Positions 23,030-34,900 of a stretch of DNA of 64,000 nucleotides are shown piece by piece. The position numbers were made by a program, and so were the translations under genes. Numbering within the stretch: the first letter of the stretch is position 1; each line of letters starts with the position of its first letter. This stretch comes from Podarcis liolepis (taxonomy: Eukaryota), in assembly GCA_965112155.1 (NCBI GenBank), contig OZ218102.1. One strand, given 5' to 3'. A model generated the notes under the pieces. That model was not told where the DNA came from and made no database searches. It saw only the letters and a list, made by a program, of their open reading frames with translations.

Positions 23030-23686
23030 CAATTTATTTATTTCATTTATATACCACCTTTATCTTCCAATGATATCAAGGTTGTTTATGACAGGAGCTC
23101 GTCCTACACTCGAGTAGGACCCTGGTAGAGACACATGCCCGACTGGCATGTTCTCTCCCTCCTGGTCGTTCGTTCAGGAGCTTCATAAGCTTTCTTCAGC
23201 CCGAACATCACAGCAACCGATGCCAACAGACACCGGCACACTTATGGATCCACAAAGTCTTCGCAGCTTGCGTAACAGACCTCAGCATTTTGGCTAATCT
23301 ACTGTATTTACATATAAACACACGCGGAGCACTGCAACATGGCCCCCTCTCTCTCTAGCATCAGACAGCAAAGAGAAAAGGACAATAGTCTCACTTCATG
23401 GAACACAGTAACACAAACATCCTGTCTCCGTCACTTCCCACTCTGTGGAGTCATAACATACACCGTCATGTGATAGACAACAATCCCATGACTGCAGTCA
23501 TGGAGCAGGAATTCTAACAGTTTACACGGTTCTCCTTCACATTTCATCCTCACAACAACCCTGAAAAGTAGGCTAGGCTGAGAGATGGTGACTGGCTCAA
23601 GGTCACCCAGTGAGCTTCATGGCTGAGTGGGAATCCAAACCCTGATCTCCAAAGTCATCGTCCAACACTCTAACCATTACATCACA
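23030..23686 (-). mobile_element. tRNA-derived SINE split by the solo LTR at 23089-23519
   Basis: T-rich tail near 23030-23060; body catcctcacaacaaccctg..aaggtcacccagtgagcttcatggctgag..aacactctaaccatta continues after the LTR. Confidence 0.65.
23089..23519 (-). mobile_element. Solo LTR, 431 bp, inserted in a SINE; same family as 43604-44049
   Basis: tgacaggag..attctaaca termini; TSD GTTTA at 23084-23088 and 23520-23524; second copy in this window; strand tentative. Confidence 0.85.
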
Positions 23687-23954
23687 GTGTTTTATTGTGA
23701 ACCAAGGAAGACATCAGACACTCTTGGAAGATTTTTTTCGGATTGAGGAACCACTTATTTATATTCTGCCTTTTTGCTGCTTGACTGCATGACTTGACCA
23801 CAGCTAGAGTTTACGTGGTGAAGGGGAACCTGCCTTATCTTTTATTCATGATATTTGCTCACATTTCCAAGAATGAGAAAAGGGGCCTAACTGCCTTGTG
23901 ATGAGTATAATGGCTACCTCAATATTTTCATCCCATATCATATCCCATTTCATC

Positions 23955-24065
23955 CCTGTTCAGGGAAGTTTTTAATGTATGATATTTTAGTGGTTTTTGG
24001 TTTCTATGGAAGCCGCCCAGAGTGGCTGGGGAAACCCAGCCAGATGGGCGGGGTACAAATAATAA

Positions 24066-24110
<45 letters not shown>
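23955..24110 (+). mobile_element. L2-type LINE 3' end with (TAT)n tail
   Basis: aagccgcccagagtggctggggaaacccagccagatgggcggggtac followed by (tat)n. Confidence 0.78.
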
Positions 24111-24246
24111 TACAAGTCCTAAGTGCTCACAATGACCTACATGATAAACTTCTGCTTCTGTCTATAAACATACATATTCCTCAATAATTTATACTTAAAA
24201 GTGCTTTTGAGCATCATTTCCCATATTTGGGACACAAGTGTGCATA

Positions 24247-24309
24247 CTCCTAACTGGATTTAGAATTGCAGGAAAAGAACTGGGAATGCAAAGGAAGAAG
24301 GATTGAATA
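24247..24309 (+). repeat. Direct repeat of about 62 bp, matching 22338-22398
   Basis: ctcctaactggatttagaattgcagg(g/a)aaagaactggga(t/a)tgcaaaggaagaaggattgaa; two mismatches. Confidence 0.9.
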
Positions 24310-25070
24310 TGTCTATATTCCCATAAGCCCTCCATATATATTATTCAGTACCGTCTCATTCATTCCACTGTTTAAACTGAATGGCAGCTGAGCCTGACTT
24401 TCCATTCTCTCCCTTTACGCTCAGTACTGAGCTATTTTTGAAAGCCTGAAAATAAAACCTTCTATAGCTCAGTTGCTTTTCCAATTCATGATGGCCTCGG
24501 CTTTTCCTTAAGATTTTCTCATTCATCCAAACAAGTATTCATTTGCTCTTGGCTGTGCATATCATTGCAATCTTTGCTGGAGAAACATGCAAAGGAAACA
24601 TTTGTCATTTGGGTTCTCAGTTCCCACAATTTGTCTTCTTAATTCAGAAAGCAGTTGGCTCCATATGTTCCAGAGAAAATCTCCAAAAACTGCTATGACT
24701 AGGCTGAGAAAATTCAAGGCACAGGACTCTAGCTTTGCAGAGAGGCGGGAAGTATTTGGACCATATGATGGTTTCAGAGCCAGTCTCATCATGAATTTTA
24801 ACAATGACATCTTATTTGTATGAACATCTTTGTATAGCATTATTTGAATGAACATCTGCGTGTGTCTGGATGCAGAAATTGAGAAATAGAGGGGTTGAGC
24901 ATGGTAGGAGCTTTTTGTTGTTGGTTGAGAAGAACAGAACAGAGACTCCTCACCTCTAAACATAGGCTAAGATTTGTAGTTGTTGTGCACTTATTTCAAA
25001 TAGCTTCATCTGCAATTGAGTCTTGCCTATCCTTGGTTATTCAGAAAGAGGATGATGATCCAAACCTGAT

Positions 25071-25507
25071 TGTAATGGTTCTAGGGGTTGCTCGTGCGTA
25101 AGCCGGTGCAAACACCTGGCTGGGTTGCCTGAGTGAACCTTTTCTGTCCGGACAGCCACTCACCCGTGGCTGTCTCAATCGCTGGCAGAATCCGCCAGTG
25201 GGCGTTTCTTAAACTTCTTCCAGCAAAGAAGCTCTTTGACGCCTAGTCTCCTCCTACTCTCTCTGCGCAAAAGCCTTCTGCGCAAGGAGGGCGTAGGTAG
25301 CGGAGGACCTCTACTCTCCCCCTGGTCCCCGGCAAGGAGTCATGGGACCACCTCGCCGCTTCCCCCATCTGCCCCCCTTCTCCTCTGGTGCTACGCTGAT
25401 TCTCTTCCCCAGAAGATGGGCTGCTGCCTCTCCCAATCCCGGGACGCTCTCTGGAATCCCTCTGGATTTTGCTCTCTCCCTCCGGCACTGATGGCAGTTC
25501 CCTGACA
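25071..25507 (-). mobile_element. Solo LTR, 437 bp, CpG-rich
   Basis: tgtaatgg..ccctgaca termini; perfect TSD CTGAT at 25066-25070 and 25508-25512; strand tentative. Confidence 0.85.
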
Positions 25508-27460
25508 CTGATCAACCAACAGCCGGCCCTATCAATTGGCACAGTAAGGAAGCTGTCTCAGATAGCAGTTATGGAGAAAAGGGGTTGTCAGCAGCCTCCC
25601 TCTGAACTCCCTAAAATAAGCTGTTACTCTCAGGTGTGGGGTAGGACGCTGTCCCATCACCAGTGCTAAAGTAAGATTCAGCTACTCATTTGTATGTGGA
25701 ATTGGCTAGGCTGCCATCTTGTCCTTTTCTTCAGGTGGCAATGAACTGTGAGCAGGTCCTGGTTCAACCACTCTTTGCTGCTGAAGCGATCATGGAGACT
25801 GGATTGCAGAGAAGAAAACATGACTTGCCACTACAGTCTTTTCCAGTGTTCTACAAGACTTCCATACCCCAGTTGCTTTAGGTACTAAGAGAGGTGAACA
25901 GCCTCAAGCCACACCTATCCCTGAACCAGTCAAGGGTTGTTGTTTTTTTAATCATCCAGGTGCTTTGTTATCCCAGCACCAACGGAGAAGAATCCATGTG
26001 TCAAGTACTTAGAACAGGTTTGTCATTTTTTGTCCTCTGATTTCAGTCTGAGCCTTTGATGACCTCTGCATGAATTCTGCTCCAACTTGAGTGGTGGTGG
26101 GGAGGCTTGGCTTTAAATGCAAATTATTTCACATTTCTCCTTCCATCCATAGTAGGGTGTAGGATCTTGATGCACTTACCTTACCTATGAGGTGGCCAAG
26201 GGGACTTTGTAAGTGTCCTTTCATTCTTCAAATAATATCACAGGAACATAGCAATGTGGGAAGGAAGGTGCTTTATACAGAATGAAACCACTGGTCTGTC
26301 TAGCTCAGTACTTCCTACGCGGACTGGCAATGACTCTCCAGGGTTTCACATGGGGCTCTAACATGGTGCTACCTGGAGGTGCCAGGGATTGAATTTGGGC
26401 CCTTTTGCATGCAAGGAAGATGCTCTACCATTGAGCAACTATTATGCAGAAGCAAACACACAGCTGCTTCTGCATAACACATGAAACACTTCTCCATGGA
26501 TTAAAAAACAGAATCATTTGGGAAGGTAGGATTGGGTTTAAAAAGGTAACGAATCCTACTATTTCATCATTGCTCAGGATAGCGTAGGAAGAATTTGTAA
26601 AGTATGTTTTCGCTTTTGTGGTTAAGACAATTGCTACCTTCCACTGCTTCCATCCTACCTTTTAAAATTATTATTTTGCAACCGTATCACTGAGCACATA
26701 CATTGAGGGGGGAATTGCTTTGGAAAGTCTTCCCCCCCCCCCGAATTGTGTTAAAACTCAACCAGCCATACTTCCTCATAACATTAAAACAATTTGGAGG
26801 AGATTAATTATTTTAAATGGCCTGCAAAACTTCAATGGAAATTACCCGTACCGTTTCGTGCAATGCAAATCATACATAATTACATAGCATTATCTGGTTA
26901 CTTACCACATAAACAGGAAAGTTAATTGCTTCTATCTGAAGCAGATAAATATGCAGCAGGCAGCTGCTGTGCTGCTCACCCTTTTTACTATTTCACAGGA
27001 TATGTTTACCTCACAATAAAATTCACTTCTTTTGTTCTTATGGTACCTTGAAATAGAAGTGGATGCCAAATGCAAAATAAGCATGCTAATGAGCAGAATT
27101 AAAAATATCCCAGTAACTATTAGATCAAAAAAAGCAAAATCTGAATAAAACTATTTAAAGAACAGATTTAATTTGGGGGGCTTACAGGGGTGGGGAACTT
27201 TACTTTTTGTTGAGGGCTGCATCCCCTCAGTTAATTTGTAAGGGGCTGCATGCCAGCTGGTGGGCAGAGTTTGAGCTGCTGATTGGCAAAGACATTCCTT
27301 TTTTGATGGCCCTCCTTCAAATTTACCGGTACTTCAGATTAGAATTCCCAGTCCTATTCAGGTCTATGCAGATAAACTCTACTGGGTTAGAAAAGGTTAC
27401 AGTAAAATAAGCATACAGAGGATTTTGATTTTTCTCTCCAATACAACTGACCATATAGCT

Positions 27461-27488
27461 ACACACACACACACACACACACACACAC
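27461..27488. repeat. (AC)n microsatellite
   Basis: Read directly. Confidence 0.95.
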
Positions 27489-27602
27489 CCCTACCAACTT
27501 GTTCTCAGATAGATGGGGCACTATTTCTTTTCCCCAAAGTCTTGCAACCAAGGAAAAAAAGTTCAAAAAGCAAACATTGATTTATTTCTATTCAATAAAA
27601 TA

Positions 27603-27844
27603 CAGTGGTACCTTGGGTTAAGTACTTAATTCGTTCCGGAGGTCCGTTCTTAACCTGAAACTGTTCTTAACCTGAAGCACCACTTTAGCTAATGGGGCCT
27701 CCTGCTGCTGTCGTGCCACCGGAGCACGATTTCTGTTGTCATCCTGAAGCAAAGTTCTTAACCCGAGGTACTATTTCTGGGTTAGCAGAGTCTGTAACCT
27801 GAAGCGAATGTAACCTGAAGTGTATGTAACCTGAGCTACCACTG
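27603..27844. mobile_element. Tc1/mariner-type MITE, family A (inverted relative to the others)
   Basis: Same TIRs and body in reverse complement; TA TSD. Confidence 0.9.
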
Positions 27845-28357
27845 TACTGCCCTTTCCAGTTGTTCTGAATTTACATAGAAAGGAGCAATTGCACAGGAAG
27901 GAACTCTGACAGGATGTGAGAGTGGGGCAGCTTCAGGAGACATTGGGGCTAAATAAAATGAGGCCTAAATAACTTGTAGCCCATGAGAAGCAGGGTGCTC
28001 ACCTGTGATGTAAAAGCATCAGGTAGGAAGTGATGGCGCAGACCCTTCTCTAAGCCCCTGAAGAGCCACTTCCAATTGGAGTCAACAGTACTAAGCTGGA
28101 TAGATCAATGGTAGCTTCCTGTTCCTATGGTTATTCAGCAAACATGTGACCAAGTAGCAAATTCCATCCTTTCTGTGTCTGCCTCTCTGTCCACTATAGT
28201 TACGTAACTGGTTCTTATACAGGGAGAGAGATCTGAAAGTAGCCCTCTGGGATAACAAATGCTGGTGGCTTTGTTTTCCAAAAATTGCAGAAACCAGACT
28301 TTTCAGGTTTTTCTGCTGTCGTGATCACCACCGCTCACAACTTGGATCTCTCTAAGG

Positions 28358-28445
28358 CAGCATTCCCAAACCCGGTGCCATGCTGGCTGCAGCTGATGGG
28401 AGTTGTAGTCCAAAACACCTGGAGGGCACAGGTTGGGGAATGTTG
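28358..28445. mobile_element. Internally deleted hAT-type MITE
   Basis: TIRs cagcattccc / gggaatgttg; perfect 8-bp TSD CTCTAAGG at 28350-28357 and 28446-28453. Confidence 0.8.
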
Positions 28446-29915
28446 CTCTAAGGGGAGCAGAGTGAGTTGTATATGGTTGGAAGGGGTTCTTTTCAGGCAG
28501 TTTGCAGAGCTAAACCTGCTTAACTCAACAGTAGAAGGATGTTTACTTCCAGGCCATTCTGTGGGTACTCCTTTTTACAAACAGATTTGTTGGGGAAAGG
28601 GCTGGAGTTGTTGTTTTTATATTTAAAAAAAGAGGGGCAATCAGTTTCCTGAGGTTTCTAGGCAAAACGTCTGTGATGTGTCTTTGCAAAGTTTCCACAC
28701 AAAAATGTATATAAAAGAAGATGAATCAGATACTTAATGTTCCATGATTTTAAATTAATGCTTCTTGGAAGTATCCTGATTGCATTTATGCTGTGATACC
28801 ATACCAAATAATTTCACATTAAGCTTAAGTTAAACTCCGTTAACTCTGGTTTCCTAGAGCAAGGTCAGCAAAATATTGAATATATTTTAAAGGAATTGCA
28901 TATAACACAATACTTTTTTGTGTTAATTGGCACTGTCTGTTCTACTGGCATACTGATGTTTTTATTTATTTATTTATTTGGCTTCCTTGATTGTGGCACA
29001 CTGTCCTCTGGGTTATGCACCTTTACAGTCCAATCCTATACAAGCGTACTCAGAAGCCCACAGAATTTCATGGGATTCCCAGGAAAGCATGAATAGAATC
29101 GCAGCCTTAATCAGTGGGAAGGTGCTGTGTGAACAAGCTTTCTTTGGGGCAGTAGTATAGGTGCAAATGGGGCTGGACCTTAGGGTCTCTCCTTACGCTT
29201 TGAGCAGAAGACCCTCTCTATTCTGTGTGGCAGAACGCTGGGACCACAGTGAAGTGCACAGCACAAAGCTTTGGAAAGACAACAGCATCAAAATGAGGGC
29301 ACCAGGCTGTGCTGAGAGCAGTACTCTGTAAACAGGCGCATCTGCATTGCAGTCTTGTTTAGCCCCAGTTAAAGCGGCAGCACAGCCCAAAGTAGGCTGG
29401 CAGATAAGTAGCACCTGCAAAAGGAAAGAGCGGCTTTTTCTACAAAATCAACAATAGACTCAGAGCACCACTTGATGAGCTTTTGATGTTATTTAATCAG
29501 CCAGGACAAATTAAAGGTGATCCTATTATTTCAAGATGAGCATAGCGATACAAAGCACTGCTTTATGTGGGTCCCAAGTGGCAGATGTAACACAGCTGTG
29601 TCAGACTTATTGGACAGCACCTCTCCTGATTCTGGCTGAGAAACTGGAACTCATACATACTAGTGAATGAACTTTAACTAAGGCTGCAGTCCCAAGTCCA
29701 CTTACCTTGAATTCAAAGGGGAATCTGAGCAGAAACGGTTTGGCTCATGCTGTAAATTTAGCAAATCTCTTACCTGGATTCAGTAGCTTTCTTTGGCCCT
29801 AGCACACCCATTGATTTTGTTGGTTACATTTCTATTCCACTTCCTTCTTATGCTCAGTAACTAAGGCTATGGCCCTATACAATTTACACAGCAGCAAGCC
29901 TCACTAAACTTAGAC

Positions 29916-30048
29916 TCATAGAATTGTAGAGTTGGAAGGGACCTGCAGGAACATCTAGTCCAACCCCCTGCAATGCAGAAATATGCAGCTGTCCCATACA
30001 GGGATCGAACCTGCAACCTTGGCGTTATGAACACTATGCTGTAACCAA
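29916..30048 (-). mobile_element. tRNA-Ile-derived SINE with CR1 tail (second copy)
   Basis: Nearly collinear with 11164-11300. Confidence 0.78.
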
Positions 30049-31189
30049 ACCGTAAAAGGATTTCCTTCTGAGTGCACAAGATTACTTGGGACAGTATGTC
30101 CCTGCATCCCTTCTCTTTGTCCTCACACAGAGAGGTTGCACCTAGGGGCTGGTTTGGTTGGCCCTTGCCAAAGGTCCAGGCCCAAGGAGGGCACAAAAAC
30201 TGAACCTCTCCACTCTGGCTTAGAGTGGCTAGAAGCCAGTCTGCCCATCCACACACTGCCTGGACTGCCCTTCTGCTGCTCTGGGCATCTGGACAAGGTT
30301 TTCAGGCTCCTCCAGGTGCCACGGTGGGGGAATCCAGTCACTGGTATGGGGCATAGCAACAGCTCTGCGGGGCCTCCTTCTCAGTTGGCCAGCAGTGCTA
30401 TTAGAAGTGCAAGTGGACTCAGAGGGGAGAAAGAGGGAGAGAGTAATAAGAGTTGCCAGAGGAGGGAAAGGAAAGGAAAGGCAGAAGGAGGAAGAATGGA
30501 AAGCAGTGAGTGGAAGGAAGGAGGAAGGCTGGGAGGCAGGTAGACAGACTGATAGAGGAGGAGGAAAGGCAGAGCAGAGCAGACCCAACCTTGATGGCTG
30601 TGGACTTTAGGCTCTCAAATTTCAGCAGTGCCCTGTGTGGTACTAAAATTCAGTGCCCCTGTCTCTCAGGCTCCATTCTACAGCACTGTCACAGCGCCCA
30701 GTGCTGCTGAACCAGTTGTACTGCCCTAAAACCGCCTCTTCATGGAGGAAGTCACTAGCAGAGCGCGAAAGGCAGTGAGAAGGAAACTTTTGGGGTTTCT
30801 GGTCCTTGGTCTCCGATACATCTCATTGCCAAGGGTGCAAGTGATGCGGCAGGGTGCCGATACAGCTCATTGCCAAGGGCACAAGAGCTGAGGTACACCT
30901 CTGTCCCTGAAACAGCCTTGAAGGCACGTTCAGCTAAGAATCAGTGCCTTGTCCAAGTTCCTTCAAGGAGCTTCCTGGCGGAGTGGCGATTTGAACCTGG
31001 GTCTCAGCCCAACATCTAACCACCACCAGAGCAGATGCTCTATATAGCCAGAAGAAAGATCATTTGCAGTATTTCCCAAGGAAGATAGGGAAGTAGTCAG
31101 GCAGGTGTGGAGTTGGCTGGGTTTGAATGGCATTGGTTTCAGCTCCACATGGAGCAGGTTCGTGCAGCAATCTTGCGCTCCTGTCGGAC

Positions 31190-31960
31190 TAAGAGATCAC
31201 CCTGTCACCTCTCCCGCCTTCGTCATGCAAGGCGGGGCGGGGCGGGGCAAGGAGGGTCGTGGGCAGCGGCCAGGGGTGGGCGGGGCCTCGCCGCCTGCAC
31301 CTGTCCGCGGGGCGCCAGGAGCCCCGCCCTTTCTCCTTGGCTCCTCCGCAACGCGGTGGCCGGCCGGCCGGGCTGGGCTGTGTTTGCGCGCCGCGCCTGG
31401 GCGGGGGAAGCGAGTCCCCAGCCGCCGGGAAGGAGGATGGCCTGCCTGCTGGACTCGCAGCCCGTGGCCCGCTTCCAGCGCTGCTGCGGGCTCTTTCCGG
31501 CCTCCGAGGGAGCGGCGGAGCAGGCCGGCAAGGTGGGGAACGGCAGCCCCCTCCACCTGCCCGCGAGGGACGTCGCCAATGGGCGCAGCAGTCCGGCCAA
31601 GCAGCGCGCCCACCCTCCGGCCCCCGGCGCCGCCAGCAACGGCTGGAAGGTAAGAAAGTTACAAAGGGAGAGGAAGGGGTTAATTGATACAGCGGCGGGG
31701 AGGGGGAGAGGAAAAGGTCCCGGGGCTCAAGCTGTAGCCTCTGACCCAGAAGCGCGTCCTAGAGACAGATAAGGAGCTTGGCACGTTGGACGGAAGAAAT
31801 GGCACCTCCTTGAAAGCAGGTGAGTTGCGAGACCGCGTGAAATGCTTGCTATCCCGAGGAAATGGACTCTTCTCAGTCTTGCGCAGGTTTCCCCTGTCCG
31901 GGTCTCTCGCCCCACTATCTCGCTCCTTCCCCCCCCCCCCTTTTTCTCGCGGAGGCAGAT
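31190..31960 (+). promoter_or_regulatory. SGPP2 CpG-island promoter with tandem Sp/KLF GC boxes (31231-31248, 31273-31286)
   Basis: GGCGGGGCGGGGCGGGGC and GGGGTGGGCGGGGC lie 150-200 bp upstream of the ATG; CpG-rich through exon 1; no obvious TATA box. Confidence 0.8.
31437..31649 (+). CDS. SGPP2: SGPP2 coding exon 1 (71 codons)
   Basis: aggATGg start; MACLLDSQPVARFQRCCGLFP..NGWK; donor AAG|gtaaga; inside a CpG island. Confidence 0.93.
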
Positions 31961-34900
31961 GGATTTCCTGTTGTCCAAGTGAGGAAGGTTAAAGGGAGGG
32001 GAAGGGGAAAGAACTGCAGCCCCCGTTCCTTAGCTCAGCAATAACTGAGTTGCAAGTCTAGGACATCAGGGATAGCCGAAGATATTGTGCAGGACGCTTT
32101 TCATTTCAAGCCGAGCACCACAGCCTTTCGACCTCGGTTGTGCTGAGCTCGGGTTGACATGGCAGAGCACAGATAGGGAAGGCAGACTCTGCAATATCAC
32201 GGAACGAGATTGTTGCAGAAGAATTTGGCAGTGTTATACCTACCTGACTTAATATCTAGCAAATTTCCTAGGCTGCTTTATTTTTCAGGTTAATTTTAAA
32301 TGAAAGCAAATTGGGTGATTATAGGATAACCGCCCACCCCCCACCCTAAAGAAAAGGACTAGCGGATGATGAGATACTTGCTTCAGGATTTGTGAATGAG
32401 TTGACACTTTCCCAAGAGTTGCTGGTTTGCATTCATTTGAAATAAAGTACAAAATCAGGGCCTAGTGTGACAAAATTGAATTTGACCTTACATAGGTAGG
32501 GTGATGGCATTTTCATTTCAGTGAGAAACTAGGTGAAGAATTGGACTCCGCCCTTCAATAAAACTGAAAACGTGAACATTGTATTCCTTCCTGCTCCCAG
32601 AACTGATTAACTTCTATGATGTCAGAAGAAAATTATAATAAACCTCAGATATTGTGACATCATAAACCTATTGGCTTGGATCAAAAGATGTAAACTTTAA
32701 AGGAGTTCCTCCAATATAGCCCTTACCCCAGATTGTTTAAAGGCTCTGTTGATCCCAAAGCAATATTTTTGGGCGGGATCACAGGTGGTTATAGGGAAGT
32801 GTAAGGACTGAGAAACTTTCCTATTGTACAGTTCCTTAAGTAACCTTCGTATCCTAGCCATTGATTTCCTTTGTACCACCAGACTGGAATGATTCTGTAC
32901 TAACGCAAGCAGGAACTTGATAAGGTAATGTTGGCTTACTCTTTGAAACTGTAACGCTTCCCTTGAGCATGGCAAGGCTGCTTAAGTGTTAAGAGATCTT
33001 CCCCCCCTCACAGTACTATGTCATAGAATTCCATGGAGACCATTGTGCACAAATAGAAACAATATGACTCTGTGATAATAGCTATTGTGATATGCCCAAA
33101 CTGAACTCTGTTGAAAAGAGACACAAATTAATTAATTCTGATTGTGTGGGCACTGACGCACCAAGAATCAAGTGTGCTACCTGTGTAGCACTGCTAAAGA
33201 GGGTGTATGTGTGACTTTTATGAAATACTTCACTATTCAGGTGGACTTTGTAGATGAGCTAGTAATATCTGACCACTTCAATTTGTTTATCCTCTTGTCT
33301 CTAAAGGCTGGAGGTTTCTGAGCAGGGATCTATCACGTAAATGTACCAAAAGTCTCTTCCCTTTGTATTCTGTCCTCCCATGCTCCATTTATTATCTTAT
33401 TTGTTTCCAGCTTATTGCTTCTGCACTTTACAGTGCAGTCCTACATACATGTTTCCTTGGAATCAAGTCCCATTACGATCCACAGGACTTATTCCCAGAA
33501 AAGTGGTTCTAGGGCTGCAGCTTTAATTTTTCTTTCTTATGCTATTGTTGTTCCTTCATAGGAACACAGGAACTTGTCTCATGCCAAGTGCAGCTCTTCA
33601 GTGTCCCAGACGGGCAACGTTCTGAGCCCTATCTAGAGATGTCTGGGCTAATAATAATAATAATTTATTATTTATACCCTGCCCATCTGGCTTGAACCTG
33701 AGACCTTTGGCTTACAGAGCAGATGTCGCGGCCCTCCCTGCCTTCCTCCTCTTCCTTTTCCAAAATTTGGTTTGTTTCTTGTGTCATCTCAGCCAACTAC
33801 TTTCCTCCTGAATCGAGTTCATTTTCCTCCCCCCCTCCCCTTCTTTTGTTCCATAGCTTTCTCATTTTTTCCTTTCAGATCCTCTCCAATCCAATCCAAG
33901 CAAGCCAGTCTTTACTCTGATGTGAAAAACCCTTGCGTCAATCCAACAACACTGGGAGGGTGAAAGGTTCTTCATTCACACTCTAGTGGGATAAATGAGC
34001 TTTTTCATATTCAGAATAATGGAAACATTTAAAAAAACTTCTTTCCACCTTAAAGATCTCTATTGCCTTGCTCTTTCCTACCATTCCACTTACTCTGTCC
34101 TTCACATGTGTTTTTTAAATATATAACACACATACTCTATGCTGGTGTGCAGATTTTGTTTCTCCCCCACCCCTTCTCCAAGATGCTTTTCCTCCCTCCT
34201 TCCCCCAATCAACACATTAGCTTAGAACTATGCAGAGCAGCTCCAAAGAGCAAATTTCTAACGCAGGTGTGGAGGTTTGGCCCTCCAGGTGTTGTTGAGC
34301 TGCATCTCCCATCAGCCCCTGCAAGCATGGCCCGTGGCCAGGGATGATGGTAACTGTACATCTGGAGGGCCAATGGTTCCCCATGAAAAAGATGGGGAGT
34401 CACTTAACTTCTCTCTTAGAAAAGCCAGGCACTCACATCTGAATGCTGCGGTTCATGGAGAAAGTTTGGGCCCTGTCAAAAGGAGGTGGGGAATAATTCT
34501 ACCCTTCCTTCCTCTGGTGTGGCTAGCAGCTGATTGGAAGAATCCAATTCTGTTTCTTCTCCATGCCTGGTTCATTTCTGGTGCTGGGCTTTGGGTTTGG
34601 ACAATTGACTTCAGGAATGATGATTCAACTCTCTCCCTTTTGAGGTTATAATTAGATGGATACAATTATGGATAGACGCATGAAAGTGATGGTGTCTGCC
34701 ACTGTTGCATCTAGTTTGGCCCCCATAAAGGTAGTTCTCCACTTAAAATCTAGCAAGATCTCGTATAGGGTCTGCTTATGTTATGTGAAACTGACGTTGC
34801 CTTGTAGGTGTCTTAAGACCCTAGCTGCCACTTTTACATGATTTCAAAATCATTAAATCTGCAAGGTATGCTAAAATCCTACTTGCCTTCAGCTCTGCAC

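Noticed and set aside
25192-25204. CTCF site in the 25071-25507 LTR (CCGCCAGTGGGCG)
   Set aside because: Mismatch at a core purine position; too weak without a PWM score or ChIP data.
31105-31772. 221-aa ORF 31107-31772 as a standalone gene
   Set aside because: It is SGPP2 exon 1 read with upstream promoter sequence and through the splice donor at 31649.
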